A stretch of DNA of 64,000 bases from contig CBDCZH010000015.1 in the NCBI GenBank assembly GCA_965224485.1, positions 534,413 to 598,412 on the forward strand, given 5' to 3'. A model generated the notes under the pieces. It was not told the origin of the DNA and did not search any database. It saw only the letters and a list, made by a program, of their open reading frames with translations. The position numbers and the translations under genes were made by a program. Positions 20,704-31,400 of the stretch are shown here, piece after piece; within the stretch, counting starts at the first letter, position 1; each line of letters starts with the position of its first letter. This DNA is from Arcobacteraceae bacterium (GTDB taxonomy: Bacteria > Campylobacterota > Campylobacteria > Campylobacterales > Arcobacteraceae).

Positions 20704-22392
20704 ATGAGAAGTGATGAAGTTAAAACAGGCTATGACAGAGCCCCTCACCGGTCTTTACTAAGAGCTACTGGATTAAAAGATGAAGATTTTAAAAAACCAT
20801 TTATTGGCGTTGCAAATTCATTCATAGAAATAATCCCTGGTCATTTCTTTTTAAATAAAGTTGCAGTAATTATTAAAGATGAGATAAAAAAGAATGGTTG
20901 TGTTCCTTTTGAGTTTAATACTATTGGTGTTGATGATGGTATTGCTATGGGTCATGATGGAATGCTTTTTTCACTTCCTAGTAGGGAATTAATTGCTAAC
21001 TCAATAGAAACAGTTATGAATGCACATAAACTAGATGCAATGATAGCAATTCCTAATTGTGACAAAATTGTTCCTGGTATGATTATGGGAGCTATTAGAG
21101 TTGATGTACCTACAATTTTTGTATCTGGTGGACCAATGGAGAAAGGTTATTCTAAAGATGGAACTCCGATTGATTTATCTACTGCATTTGAAGCTGTTGG
21201 ACAATTTGAAGCAGGAGAGATAACTGAAGAAGAGTTAACTGATATTGAGTGTAATGCCTGTCCTAGTGGTGGATCATGCTCTGGTATGTTTACAGCTAAC
21301 TCTATGAATACTTTAATGGAAGCTATGGGAATAGCATTACCTGGAAATGGAACTATTTTAGCCTTAACTCCGCAGAGAGAAGTATTATATAGACAAGCTG
21401 CAAAAAGAATATGTGATATTGCCAAGGATAATGAAGCTAGAGAAAAATTCAAATTATCAAATATTTTAAATGAAAATGCTGTTAGAAATGCTTTTGCTGT
21501 TGATATGGCAATGGGTGGATCTTCTAATACTGTTTTACATATGTTAGCAATTGCAAAAGAAGCTGGTGTTGATTTTAAACTAGAAGATATTAATAAGATT
21601 TCTAAAAGAGTTTCACATATTGCTAAAATTTCTCCTTCTTTATCAACTGTTCATATGGAAGATATTAACAAAGCTGGTGGAGTTAATGCTGTTATGAAAG
21701 AAATGAGTAAAAGAGGTGATGATATTTTACTTGACAACCTTTGTATTACAGGTGAGACTTTATATGAAAAAATCAAAGATGCTTATATCAAAGATACAAA
21801 TATTATTCATACTATTGACAATCCTTACTCTCCAGTTGGCGGTTTAGCTATTTTATATGGTAACTTGGCACAACAAGGGGCTGTTATTAAAACAGCTGGA
21901 ATTACAGGGGATAGAGTTATTACTGGAACTGCTATTTGTTTTGATGGACAACAAGAAGCTATTAATGGAATAATCGCTGGTAAAGTAAAAGCGGGTAATG
22001 TTGTAGTAATTCGTTATGAAGGTCCAAGAGGTGGTCCTGGTATGCAAGAAATGCTTGCACCTACTGCTTTAATCATGGGTATGGGTTTAGGTGATAGTGT
22101 TGCACTTATAACTGATGGTAGATTTTCAGGGGCTACGAGAGGTGCTTCTATTGGTCATGTTTCTCCTGAAGCAGCTGAGGGTGGAATGATTGGTTTATTA
22201 AAAGATGGTGATGAAATTCATATTGATGTTGATAAATATATCTTAGAAGTACATTTAAGCGATAAAGAAATTGCAATAAGAAAAGCTAATTTTAAACCTT
22301 TGAAGAAAAAACTAAAATCAGCATGGTTAGGTCAATACAGAGCTTTAGTTACAAATGCTAGTTCTGGTGCTGTTTTAAAAACTGATTTATAA
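20704..22392 (+). CDS. ilvD: Dihydroxy-acid dehydratase
   Basis: [53 protein letters not shown]; start placed after AAGGA; TGATATAAT extended -10 at 20664-20672. Confidence 0.97.
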   Translation: MRSDEVKTGYDRAPHRSLLRATGLKDEDFKKPFIGVANSFIEIIPGHFFLNKVAVIIKDEIKKNGCVPFEFNTIGVDDGIAMGHDGMLFSLPSRELIANSIETVMNAHKLDAMIAIPNCDKIVPGMIMGAIRVDVPTIFVSGGPMEKGYSKDGTPIDLSTAFEAVGQFEAGEITEEELTDIECNACPSGGSCSGMFTANSMNTLMEAMGIALPGNGTILALTPQREVLYRQAAKRICDIAKDNEAREKFKLSNILNENAVRNAFAVDMAMGGSSNTVLHMLAIAKEAGVDFKLEDINKISKRVSHIAKISPSLSTVHMEDINKAGGVNAVMKEMSKRGDDILLDNLCITGETLYEKIKDAYIKDTNIIHTIDNPYSPVGGLAILYGNLAQQGAVIKTAGITGDRVITGTAICFDGQQEAINGIIAGKVKAGNVVVIRYEGPRGGPGMQEMLAPTALIMGMGLGDSVALITDGRFSGATRGASIGHVSPEAAEGGMIGLLKDGDEIHIDVDKYILEVHLSDKEIAIRKANFKPLKKKLKSAWLGQYRALVTNASSGAVLKTDL

Positions 22393-22416
22393 TCAGTAAG
22401 AATTAAACTACAAAAA

Positions 22417-22445
22417 AAGTAACTAAGATTTCATCTTAGTTACTT
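22417..22445 (+). terminator. Intrinsic terminator after ilvD
   Basis: AAGTAACTAAGAT-TTC-ATCTTAGTTACTT hairpin. Confidence 0.7.
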
Positions 22446-22541
22446 CTTCTCAAGCCGTTAACTTTTTATTAACCCTTTATTAAAATATAGTTTATATTTA
22501 TATTTTATAATTTACTTATATAAAAAATAAAGGAAAGACCT

Positions 22542-23978
22542 ATGGAAAATAAAGAAACAATATCTTCAAGATCTAAAATTCTAATAATCTCATCACTTTT
22601 ATTTACGAATTTGTTTTCTGCAGATATTAATTTACAATTAGCCAAAGAAGATCCAAAAAGAGTTATTCCAAATAAATCAAATGAGATTTTTTCTTTTAAT
22701 AATTCAATAAAGAATGCTCTTGATGCAGTTGTGAATATATCAACAAAAAAGCATATTAAAGCCATTCATTCTAGAAATAACCCTATGTTACAAGACCCTT
22801 TTTTCAGAAAGTTTTTTGGAGAGCAATTTAAAAGACAATTCCAGAAAAATAGAGTACAAAGAGCACTTGGTTCTGGAGTTATTATCTCAAAAGATGGCTA
22901 TATTGTTACAAATAATCATGTAATTGAAAATGCAGATGAAATCACAATTACTCTTAAAGGTGATAAAACAGAGTATAAAGCTAAAGTAATAGGTTTAGAT
23001 AAAGCTTCTGATTTAGCTGTTATAAAGATTGATAAAAAGAATTTAACAGCTATTAAAATTGGTCACTCTAAAAATCTTAAAATTGCAGACTTAGTTTTTG
23101 CAATAGGAAACCCTTTTGGAATAGGTGAAACAGTTACTCAAGGAATTATTTCTGCTTTAAACAAAAACCAAGTTGGAATAAATCAATATGAGAACTTTAT
23201 TCAAACCGATGCTTCAATAAACCCTGGAAACTCAGGAGGAGCTTTAGTTGATAGCAGAGGTGTTCTAATAGGTATAAACTCAGCAATTTTATCAAAAAGT
23301 GGTGGAAATAATGGAATTGGTTTTGCTATTCCTGTTTCGATGGTTAAAGATGTAGTTACTAAACTTATAAAAGATGGAAAAGTAAGTCGTGGATATTTAG
23401 GCATATCTATTGATAATTTAAGTAAAGATTTACGCTCAATTTATAATCATAAAAAAGGTGCTTTAGTTTTAAATGTAGAAAAAGACTCAGCAGCAGCTAA
23501 ATATGGTTTAAAAAGAGGAGATTTAATTTTTAAAATAAATAAGAATGAAATAAGCGATAGAAAAAGTTTACAGCATGTAATTGCTTCTTATAAACCAAAT
23601 AGTAAAATATTTTTACATATTGAAAGAAATAAAAAAAATAAAATTCTTTCTATTGTTTTAGGTTCAAGAGATTCACTTTCAAAACTACATACCAAAGAGA
23701 ATGTTTTAGGAGGATTAGAACTTAATGAAATTAATGAAAAAATCATTAAAGAGTATAACTTGCAAAAAAACCAAGAAGGTGTACTTGTTACAAAAATAAA
23801 AAAAGAATCTAAAGCTTCAAAAGTAGGTTTTCATACAGGTGATGTTATTATACAAATTGAAGACATTGAAATTAAAAATTTAACTAATATACAAGAAGCA
23901 ATAAAACAGTACAAAAACATACATAAAAGAGTTTATATAAATAGATTTGGACAAACTCTTGTTTTAGTGATTAAATAA
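22542..23978 (+). CDS. htrA: Periplasmic serine protease HtrA/DegP (two PDZ domains)
   Basis: LGSGVIIS, TNNHV, DLAVIK, IQTDASINPGNSGG, RGYLGI. Confidence 0.96.
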   Translation: MENKETISSRSKILIISSLLFTNLFSADINLQLAKEDPKRVIPNKSNEIFSFNNSIKNALDAVVNISTKKHIKAIHSRNNPMLQDPFFRKFFGEQFKRQFQKNRVQRALGSGVIISKDGYIVTNNHVIENADEITITLKGDKTEYKAKVIGLDKASDLAVIKIDKKNLTAIKIGHSKNLKIADLVFAIGNPFGIGETVTQGIISALNKNQVGINQYENFIQTDASINPGNSGGALVDSRGVLIGINSAILSKSGGNNGIGFAIPVSMVKDVVTKLIKDGKVSRGYLGISIDNLSKDLRSIYNHKKGALVLNVEKDSAAAKYGLKRGDLIFKINKNEISDRKSLQHVIASYKPNSKIFLHIERNKKNKILSIVLGSRDSLSKLHTKENVLGGLELNEINEKIIKEYNLQKNQEGVLVTKIKKESKASKVGFHTGDVIIQIEDIEIKNLTNIQEAIKQYKNIHKRVYINRFGQTLVLVIK

Positions 23979-23988
23979 AGGATTTATT

Positions 23989-24663
23989 ATTACAAAAGTA
24001 TTAATGATAGAAGATGATTTAGAGTTAGCAGGTATCATAATAGATTATTTAAAATCTTTTGACATAGAAGTTACAAATACAGATAGTCCTTATACTGGAC
24101 TATCTATGTTAGAAGTTAATAAGCAGTATGAACTTCTAATTTTAGATTTAACTCTTCCTGAGATTGATGGTTTAGAATTAATTCCTAAAATAAGAAAAGT
24201 TTCTAATATACCTATTATTATCTCAAGTGCAAGAGACGATATTTTAGATAAAGTTATGGGTTTAGAGCGAGGGGCAGATGATTATTTACCAAAACCTTAC
24301 AATCCAAGAGAGCTTCAGGCAAGAATCAAAGCAATTTTAAAACGATTTGCACCTATAGAAAAAGAGATAAAAAAGAGTTCTATTTTAGAGCTTAAAAAAG
24401 ATGATATTCAAATATTATTTAAGGGTAATTTACTTGACTTAACTATGGCAGAATTTGATCTTTTAAAACTTTTAATTCTAAGAAATGGTGGAGTTGTTGC
24501 AAGAGAAGATTTTATTTATGATAGTGAAAATATAGAAGATGATAGTAGTTTAAAAAACATTGATGTAATTATTTCAAGAATTAGGCATAAAATCGCATTA
24601 TTTGACAAAGAAACAACATATATAAAATCTGTACGAGGTATTGGATATCAATTAGTATTATGA
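23989..24663 (+). CDS. cprR: OmpR-family response regulator, CprR-like (probable ATT start)
   Basis: Receiver (IEDD, LDLTLP, GADDYLPKP) plus wHTH (SVRGIGY); follows htrA as in C. jejuni htrA-cprR-cprS; ORF track starts at ATG 24004. Confidence 0.82.
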   Translation: MTKVLMIEDDLELAGIIIDYLKSFDIEVTNTDSPYTGLSMLEVNKQYELLILDLTLPEIDGLELIPKIRKVSNIPIIISSARDDILDKVMGLERGADDYLPKPYNPRELQARIKAILKRFAPIEKEIKKSSILELKKDDIQILFKGNLLDLTMAEFDLLKLLILRNGGVVAREDFIYDSENIEDDSSLKNIDVIISRIRHKIALFDKETTYIKSVRGIGYQLVL

Positions 24664-25877
24664 GAAACTTCTCTATTTCTACTTTTATAAATCTTGTTTT
24701 TATTTTAGCTTTTTCTTTCATAACTCTTAGCTTTTTACTTTTTGTAAAACTTGATCAAGAAAAATATGAAACAAGAAAAACACAAAGATACTCACTAATT
24801 GCAGATTCATTTTTAAGTGGTTTTCAAACCTTCCCTTCTCAAGAAGATTTAAATACCTTGTATAAAAAGTTTGCAGTTAGTCCTATTGATAAAAAAAGTG
24901 AAAAATTAAATATCATTAATACAGCACAAAATATGATTATTCAAAATACAATTTTTGGAAATGCTAGAGTTTATTTTTTAGATGATGATTATTATATTTA
25001 TGTTGAAAAGCTATCTTATAATATTTTATTAAAAGACTTACAATCAAGACCTTATAATAGAGGCTTTGGTTTACTATTATTTATTTCTTCTTTATTTATA
25101 TTTTTATTACTTTTTATTCTAATAAAAAGAAAGTTTAAACCTTTAAAAAAACTAGATCAACAAATTCAACAATTTGCAGATGGAAATACAAATATTAAAC
25201 TTGTTTTTAACCATGATGACGAAATAGGTAAAATTGCAAGAAGTTTTAATCAAGCAATAATAAATATAAATAACCTTACAAAATCAAAAAATCTTTTTAT
25301 GAGAAATATGATGCATGAGCTTAAAACACCTATTACAAAAGCTATGTTTATAGCTGAAACCTTAGATGATGAGAAAGCAAGAGATTCTTTGCAAAAAGCT
25401 TTTGCAAGAATGGATAATATTATAAAAGAATTAGCAACTGTTGAGAAACTAACTTCAAATACTAATGTTTTATATAAAGAAAATACTAATTTTGAAGAGA
25501 TTTATCAAAAAGCCTTAAGTGTTTTATTAGTTGATAATTCTAAAATAACAGCAGATTTTAAAAACTTTGATTTAAAAGTTGATATATCTTTATTTTCAAT
25601 TGCTTTAAAAAATCTACTTGATAATGGAATAAAGTTCTCACTTATAAAACATGTAGAAATTAAAGCTTGTAAAAAAGAAATAATTGTTTCTTCAAAAGGG
25701 GAAAAGCTGAAATATGACCTAGAGTATTATACAGAACCTTTTTCACAAGAAGAAAAAAGAAAAGATGGTTTTGGTTTAGGTTTATATATTGTTAAAACAA
25801 CGGCTCAATTACATGAGTTTAGTTTAGAGTATAAATATGAAGATGAGAAAAATCATTTTATTATAAAAATGAAATAA
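24660..25877 (+). CDS. cprS: Sensor histidine kinase, CprS/ArsS family
   Basis: Two TMs, HAMP (DEIGKIA..FN), H-box MHELKTPITK, KNLLDNGIK, GFGLGLYIV. Confidence 0.85.
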   Translation: MRNFSISTFINLVFILAFSFITLSFLLFVKLDQEKYETRKTQRYSLIADSFLSGFQTFPSQEDLNTLYKKFAVSPIDKKSEKLNIINTAQNMIIQNTIFGNARVYFLDDDYYIYVEKLSYNILLKDLQSRPYNRGFGLLLFISSLFIFLLLFILIKRKFKPLKKLDQQIQQFADGNTNIKLVFNHDDEIGKIARSFNQAIININNLTKSKNLFMRNMMHELKTPITKAMFIAETLDDEKARDSLQKAFARMDNIIKELATVEKLTSNTNVLYKENTNFEEIYQKALSVLLVDNSKITADFKNFDLKVDISLFSIALKNLLDNGIKFSLIKHVEIKACKKEIIVSSKGEKLKYDLEYYTEPFSQEEKRKDGFGLGLYIVKTTAQLHEFSLEYKYEDEKNHFIIKMK

Positions 25878-25918
25878 TCTTTGAAAAGCTGAAAAAAAAA
25901 GCTAAAAAATAAAGCACT

Positions 25919-26869
25919 TTAAAAACTCTCTAAAGCTTTAGAGAGTTTTTCTAACTTTTCTTGATTTTTTATAACTATTCTAAACATAGCTTTTGATAAA
26001 AAATCATAAGAAGAACACTCTTCTAGACGGATAGAATTTTGAGTTAAAAACTCATAAAAACAATCAATTTCTTTATCTAAAACTTTTACTAAAATAAAGT
26101 TTGTATCAGAAGGAATATAATATTCAAATACTTTTTTAGTAGAAAGAATTAGCTCTAAGATATTTTTATTTTTAGAATTTATAGCCTTTGAAATAACTTT
26201 AAAGTTTTTTTCTTTTAAAAAACTATTTGTAAAATATATATCATATAAACTTATACTATCTTTTGATTCATATAAACTAATATTTTTTATATTTATTTTA
26301 CTTGATAATAAAGTAGAAAGTTTTATGCTCTTATTACTATAAAACTTATTTAAAGATTTTAAAATAAATAAATTTTGAGTAATATTTAGATATTTATTAG
26401 TAGAACTTTTACTTGTATAGGGTAAAAAAGTTTCATCTATAAAAACTACAGCATTATTTTTATTCCATAAGGTAAAAAGTTCCTCAAGATTATGATACTT
26501 ACCATCAAGTAGGTTTGGATTTGCAAAAATAACTAAAGAAGATTTAGGAATATTTATATTGATATCTTCATAAATATTAATTAAAATAATATTAAAATCA
26601 TACAAATAAGCTATTTCTTTATACTCTTTAGTTATAGGTGCATAAATATATATATTCCTAATATCAAAAGAAGTATGAATATATCTAAAAAAAGAGTGTA
26701 TTAAACTCTTTTTAGAAGGAAATAAGAGAAGTTCATCTAAATATACCTGATAATATAAACTAAGGCTGGAGAGGACATTATCATAGCTTTGAGAGCTTTT
26801 ATTTATATCTTTGCTATTAAAAGTAATATCAGTTTTTACACTGTTTTCATCTTCTGTAAAATTTAGCAT
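25919..26869 (-). CDS. Divergent class I/II PLP-dependent aminotransferase fold protein (CobD/HisC-like)
   Basis: ANPNLLDG, FIDETF, KSLNKFY, PSDTNFILV, FRIVIK motifs, degenerate. Confidence 0.7.
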   Translation of the reverse strand: MLNFTEDENSVKTDITFNSKDINKSSQSYDNVLSSLSLYYQVYLDELLLFPSKKSLIHSFFRYIHTSFDIRNIYIYAPITKEYKEIAYLYDFNIILINIYEDININIPKSSLVIFANPNLLDGKYHNLEELFTLWNKNNAVVFIDETFLPYTSKSSTNKYLNITQNLFILKSLNKFYSNKSIKLSTLLSSKINIKNISLYESKDSISLYDIYFTNSFLKEKNFKVISKAINSKNKNILELILSTKKVFEYYIPSDTNFILVKVLDKEIDCFYEFLTQNSIRLEECSSYDFLSKAMFRIVIKNQEKLEKLSKALESF

Positions 26870-26885
26870 GAAATGAAAACTTCTT

Positions 26886-27485
26886 TTAAAGATTTAAGAA
26901 GTTTTTAATTCCTGTAAAAATAAATTGAGCAGAAATTGCGGCTAAGAAAAGACCAGTTATTTTTGAGATTATCAATAAACCTTGTTTTCCTACAAGTTTT
27001 TCAAAAATATTTGAAAGATATAACATAAGACCTACTAATAAAACAGCACAAACAAGAGCAAAACTACCTGTTGCTAAAGCAGATACATCTTCATACTCAG
27101 CACCCATAACAAGTAATATACCAATAGTTCCAGGTCCAATTGTAACAGGAATAGCTAATGGAACTACTGCTAATTCTGAAATATTTTGGCTCTCAATTTT
27201 CTCTCCATCTTTAGTTCCATGAATAAGCTCAACAGCTGTTAAAAAAAGTAAAGCCCCTGCTCCTATTCTAAAAGCATCTAAAGTAACTCCAAAAACACTA
27301 AAAATATTTTTTCCAAAAAACATCAAAATTAAACTCATTACAATTACCGAAAAAGTAACTTTAATAGCAAGTTTTCTTTTTTCTTTAATACTTGCATGTT
27401 TAGTAATAGTAATAAAAACAGTAAGCACAAAGAAAGGTGCCATCATAAAATATATCTTTAAAAAAGATGAAAGAAAAGTATCTAT
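26886..27485 (-). CDS. MarC family membrane protein (probable ATA start)
   Basis: AFRIGAG.LLF, VVPLAIPVTIGPGTI, KITGLFLAAI; frame open to ATA at 27485, 6 nt after AGGAG. Confidence 0.88.
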   Translation of the reverse strand: MDTFLSSFLKIYFMMAPFFVLTVFITITKHASIKEKRKLAIKVTFSVIVMSLILMFFGKNIFSVFGVTLDAFRIGAGALLFLTAVELIHGTKDGEKIESQNISELAVVPLAIPVTIGPGTIGILLVMGAEYEDVSALATGSFALVCAVLLVGLMLYLSNIFEKLVGKQGLLIISKITGLFLAAISAQFIFTGIKNFLNL

Positions 27486-27494
27486 AATTAACTC

Positions 27495-29225
27495 CTAGAA
27501 ATATTTATTTATTATGTTTAAAAAATCTTCGGGATTCTTATATCCAATTATTTTAGCTGCTTTTACTTCTTGATTGTTAGTATTGAAAAAAATTAAACCT
27601 GGAGGTCCAAAAATCCCATATTTTTTTTGTAAATCTTTATCATCTTGAGTATTCTTTGTTACATCAGCTTTTAATAAAGTAAAGTTTTTAAGTTTTGCTC
27701 TAACTTTTTCATCTTCAAAAGTAATTTCTTCAAGTTCAATACAAGAAATACACCAATCAGCATAAAAATCTAACATAACTGGTTTTTTTGAAGCTTTAAT
27801 AGCCTCATTTAATTCTTTTATATTTCTTACTTTTGTAAAAATAAGTTTAGAAGAAGAACTTAGAGATGTTTTACTTGTAAATACTTCTAAGGGATTTAAT
27901 ACGTTTTTAGAACCACTTAGGGCACCTATAAAAAGTGAAACTCCATAAACAAACATAAGAAGTGTAAATAACCGAACAAGTACATGTTCATACATTTTTA
28001 AATAAATTGCACTTCCTAATAATAAAAATGAGTATAAAAACATACTAAGAGTAACATCAACTATTCTATCTAACATAAAAATAGCAATTCCTAACATAAC
28101 CAAACCAAAGATTTTAGAAATACTATCCATCCAAGCTCCTGGTTTTGGCATATATTTACCAGCTCCAAGTCCTATTAATAATAAAGGAACACCCATTCCA
28201 AAACTTAAAATAAATAAAGCAGCTCCACCTAAAACGGCATCACCTGTTTGTCCTATGTAAATTAAAGCACCAGCTAGGGGTGCTGCCACACAAGGACCAA
28301 CTATAAGAGCTGAGAGGAATCCCATAATTGCTATTCCAAATACACCTTGTTTTTCTTTTCCATCTGTTGTTTTATTGATTTTATTTTGCAAACTTTGAGG
28401 AAGTTCTAGTTTAAAATATCCAAACATAGAAAAGGCTAAAAGTACAAAAACAGCAGAAAAAACAGATAAAACATAAGGATTTTGCAGAGCAACTTGTAAA
28501 TTAGCTCCAAATAAACCTGCAATTATTCCAGCAAGAGTATAAGCTAAAGACATAGAGAAAACATAAACAAAAGATAAAAAGAATCCTTTTTTTGCTGTTA
28601 GTTTTTCTTTTGAACCTGCTTTTACTATAATTGAGGACAAAATAGGAATCATTGGAAAAATACAAGGAGTTAAAGATAATAATAAACCAAAACCAAAAAA
28701 TGTTAATAATACAATAACAATATTCCCATTTTTTAAAGTATTTGTAATCAAATCACTTTCACTTAAATCTTCTTTTGTAAGATTTATCTTATTTTGCATT
28801 TTAGGTGAAACAACTTTATCAAAACTAATAGTAGTAATTTCACTCATAGGTGCATAACATAAACCAGCAGTAGAACAACCTTGAAACTGAAACTCTAGCT
28901 CGTAAGAACTAGCTTTGCCTGCTTTTTGTAAAAGTTCATTTGGTATTTCTAATTTTAAATCATCAAAATGTACAATAAACTCTTTATAAACAACGGGTGC
29001 AGGAATATTTATATGTTTTGTAAGCTCTTTTTTAAAAGGTTTAGTAATAAAAACCTTTACTTTTTCATCATATAAATAAATATTTTTTCCAAGTTCTAAA
29101 TTTATAATTGTTTTATCTTTTTCTTGTGTGAAACTTTGTTTAAAAGCATCTTGGGGATCTAAGAACTTTTGTTCTATTGCAAAAGAAAAAACAGATAATA
29201 ACAATATCATTAATAAATTACGCAT
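27495..29225 (-). CDS. dsbD: Thiol:disulfide interchange protein DsbD
   Basis: QGC..AGLCYAP, LTPCIFPMIPI, GPCVAAPL, DFYADWCISC; start placed after AGGA. Confidence 0.95.
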   Translation of the reverse strand: MRNLLMILLLSVFSFAIEQKFLDPQDAFKQSFTQEKDKTIINLELGKNIYLYDEKVKVFITKPFKKELTKHINIPAPVVYKEFIVHFDDLKLEIPNELLQKAGKASSYELEFQFQGCSTAGLCYAPMSEITTISFDKVVSPKMQNKINLTKEDLSESDLITNTLKNGNIVIVLLTFFGFGLLLSLTPCIFPMIPILSSIIVKAGSKEKLTAKKGFFLSFVYVFSMSLAYTLAGIIAGLFGANLQVALQNPYVLSVFSAVFVLLAFSMFGYFKLELPQSLQNKINKTTDGKEKQGVFGIAIMGFLSALIVGPCVAAPLAGALIYIGQTGDAVLGGAALFILSFGMGVPLLLIGLGAGKYMPKPGAWMDSISKIFGLVMLGIAIFMLDRIVDVTLSMFLYSFLLLGSAIYLKMYEHVLVRLFTLLMFVYGVSLFIGALSGSKNVLNPLEVFTSKTSLSSSSKLIFTKVRNIKELNEAIKASKKPVMLDFYADWCISCIELEEITFEDEKVRAKLKNFTLLKADVTKNTQDDKDLQKKYGIFGPPGLIFFNTNNQEVKAAKIIGYKNPEDFLNIINKYF

Positions 29226-29321
29226 CTTCATCCTATCTTTATAATATTTTGTATTCTTAATCTTAATTCTATACTTTTTATTTCTAATTTCATATAGTAA
29301 CAAGCATATATAAACTAATTC

Positions 29322-29696
29322 TTAATTAAAATACTTTTTGACATTTTCTTGAAGTTGTTCAACACTTTTTTTACCTCTTTTAGTAGCAAGGACTTTACCA
29401 TCTTTAACATATACTAATGTTGGAATACTTTTTACATTATATTTTTTCATTAATTCTCTTTGCTTATCAATATCAACTTTAAAAATTGTAAGGTCAACTT
29501 TTTTAACTTTATCAAACTCTTCTAGGTTCTTAGCTAGTTTAGTACAAGGAGGGCACCAAATTGCATAAAAATCTATAATAAATTTTCCTTTTTCTATCTT
29601 TTTATCAATTGTCTCAAGGCTTAAATGCTCAAAAGCAGCTAAAGGTGTCAAAACAAACATTAAACTTAAAAATAAACTTAAAAATATTTTTTTCAT
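29322..29696 (-). CDS. Exported thioredoxin-family protein
   Basis: Signal peptide, DFYAIWCPPC, VKSIPT; directly upstream of dsbD. Confidence 0.88.
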   Translation of the reverse strand: MKKIFLSLFLSLMFVLTPLAAFEHLSLETIDKKIEKGKFIIDFYAIWCPPCTKLAKNLEEFDKVKKVDLTIFKVDIDKQRELMKKYNVKSIPTLVYVKDGKVLATKRGKKSVEQLQENVKKYFN

Positions 29697-29834
29697 TTTC
29701 TCTCTTTGTATAATTAATTTTTTTTATTATATTGAATTTTTGTGTATAGTTTGTTGAGTTAAGATGTAAATTAAAAAAGCTATAAATATATAAGTTTATT
29801 TATGTATTATTTGCAAAAAAAATAAGGTTTTACA

Positions 29835-30191
29835 ATGAGTGAACTTGAAAACTTAGAAGCAAACGATTTATTAGAATTAATACCCAAAGATATAGTTTTA
29901 ATAGATGTACGAAGAGAAAGTGAATGGATACAATCAGGAATAATAGAAGGTTCACATTTACTAACATTTTTTGATGATTACGGTAATCATGATTTAGAAA
30001 AATGGTTAATAGAATTTGAAAAAGCAGTAGAATCTAAAGATACAAAATTCGTTTTAATCTGCGCACATGCAAATAGAACAAAAACTATAGGTGATTATTT
30101 AGCACAAAAGTTGGATTATACACAAGCTACTCACTTAGAAGGTGGTATTGCTTTATGGTTAGACTTAGGATTAAAGACTATACGTCCTTAA
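29835..30191 (+). CDS. Rhodanese-like domain protein
   Basis: LIDVRRESEW..G.IEGS, ICAHANRT, LEGGI..W. Confidence 0.9.
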   Translation: MSELENLEANDLLELIPKDIVLIDVRRESEWIQSGIIEGSHLLTFFDDYGNHDLEKWLIEFEKAVESKDTKFVLICAHANRTKTIGDYLAQKLDYTQATHLEGGIALWLDLGLKTIRP

Positions 30192-30233
30192 TCTAAATCG
30201 TAATAATTTTTTACTCTAAGAAATTTTGTTAAA

Positions 30234-30449
30234 TTATTTCTTTAGAGCTTTTTGTAATTGACTTATAACTTCTTCAAGATTTTCATATGGAATATGAGAT
30301 TTCCACTCAACATCTTTACCATTTAATGCAATTCCTATACTTACTACATCACTAGTACCTTTACCATATGGTTCTTTTACATCTGAAATAGAAATAATAC
30401 CTTTTTTTGTTCCATGTAATGGAATTTCTGCTAATACTGTTATTGCCAT
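30234..30449 (-). CDS. Small hypothetical protein
   Basis: 71-aa ORF with AAGGA RBS directly after psd. Confidence 0.7.
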   Translation of the reverse strand: MAITVLAEIPLHGTKKGIISISDVKEPYGKGTSDVVSIGIALNGKDVEWKSHIPYENLEEVISQLQKALKK

Positions 30450-30459
30450 TTTAATATCC

Positions 30460-31269
30460 TTAATTGTTATTTCCTATAATTGTTCCGAAAGAAACCTTTT
30501 GTTTTGTTAAATTTTTAATATTATATGAATCTTTTTCCCAAATCATTACAATTGTAGATCCCATTTTGAAATATCCTAAACAATCAGCTTTAGTAATTTC
30601 TAAATTATCATAAGTATAAACTTTTACTTCATTTGCATTTATATTAGTCTCAACCTTAGGTTCAAAGTCAAAAACCATCTGACCTACATTTAAAGCCCCA
30701 ACAAAAACCATATAAAAAAGTTTGTCTTTTTTATCAAAACATTCTAAAATAACTCTTTCATTTTGACAAAATAGATCAAGCTCTTTATTTAAATATGGAA
30801 TATTAACTGGATATAACTTTCCTGGAACATGAATAAGCTTAGTAACTCTAAAAGATGTAGGTGCATGGTATCTGTGATAATCTTTAGGTGATAGATAAAA
30901 GTTCATATAAGAGCCATCTAATACTCTTTTTATCTTATCTTGTACATTATATGTTAATAATTCTTCAACACTATAAGGCATACCTTTTATTTGTAAAAGT
31001 GTATCATCTTTAAGTTTTCCACAAGAGCTTATAAAAGAATCACAAGGTGAGATAATATTCTCTTCACTTAAATCAACCTCTCTTGTAATTGCTAACTCTC
31101 TTGTAAAAAGGTCATTTAGAGATTTATAATATTTTGCCTGTCTAAACTCACTCATATCTAATTTCATAAGTTTTACATATGAATTATTGATAAAAGTTTG
31201 AAAAAAAGATGGAAACTCTTGTTTTGCAAACTTTCCAAAATACTGTGATATTAAATTTGTAATGTGCAT
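30460..31269 (-). CDS. psd: Phosphatidylserine decarboxylase proenzyme
   Basis: LFTREL, YLSPKDYHRYHAP, NERV, VGALNVG, FKMGST cleavage site. Confidence 0.95.
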   Translation of the reverse strand: MHITNLISQYFGKFAKQEFPSFFQTFINNSYVKLMKLDMSEFRQAKYYKSLNDLFTRELAITREVDLSEENIISPCDSFISSCGKLKDDTLLQIKGMPYSVEELLTYNVQDKIKRVLDGSYMNFYLSPKDYHRYHAPTSFRVTKLIHVPGKLYPVNIPYLNKELDLFCQNERVILECFDKKDKLFYMVFVGALNVGQMVFDFEPKVETNINANEVKVYTYDNLEITKADCLGYFKMGSTIVMIWEKDSYNIKNLTKQKVSFGTIIGNNN

Positions 31270-31400
31270 ATTTACCCTTAGTTTATATAAAATGTATTTT
31301 ATCTAAAACTAGCTGTTTTTAAAAAAATATTCTAAATAAAACTTCTAAGAGTAAAAATAAATTTATTTGCTACTCTACATTATATATATAAAGGGATAAA

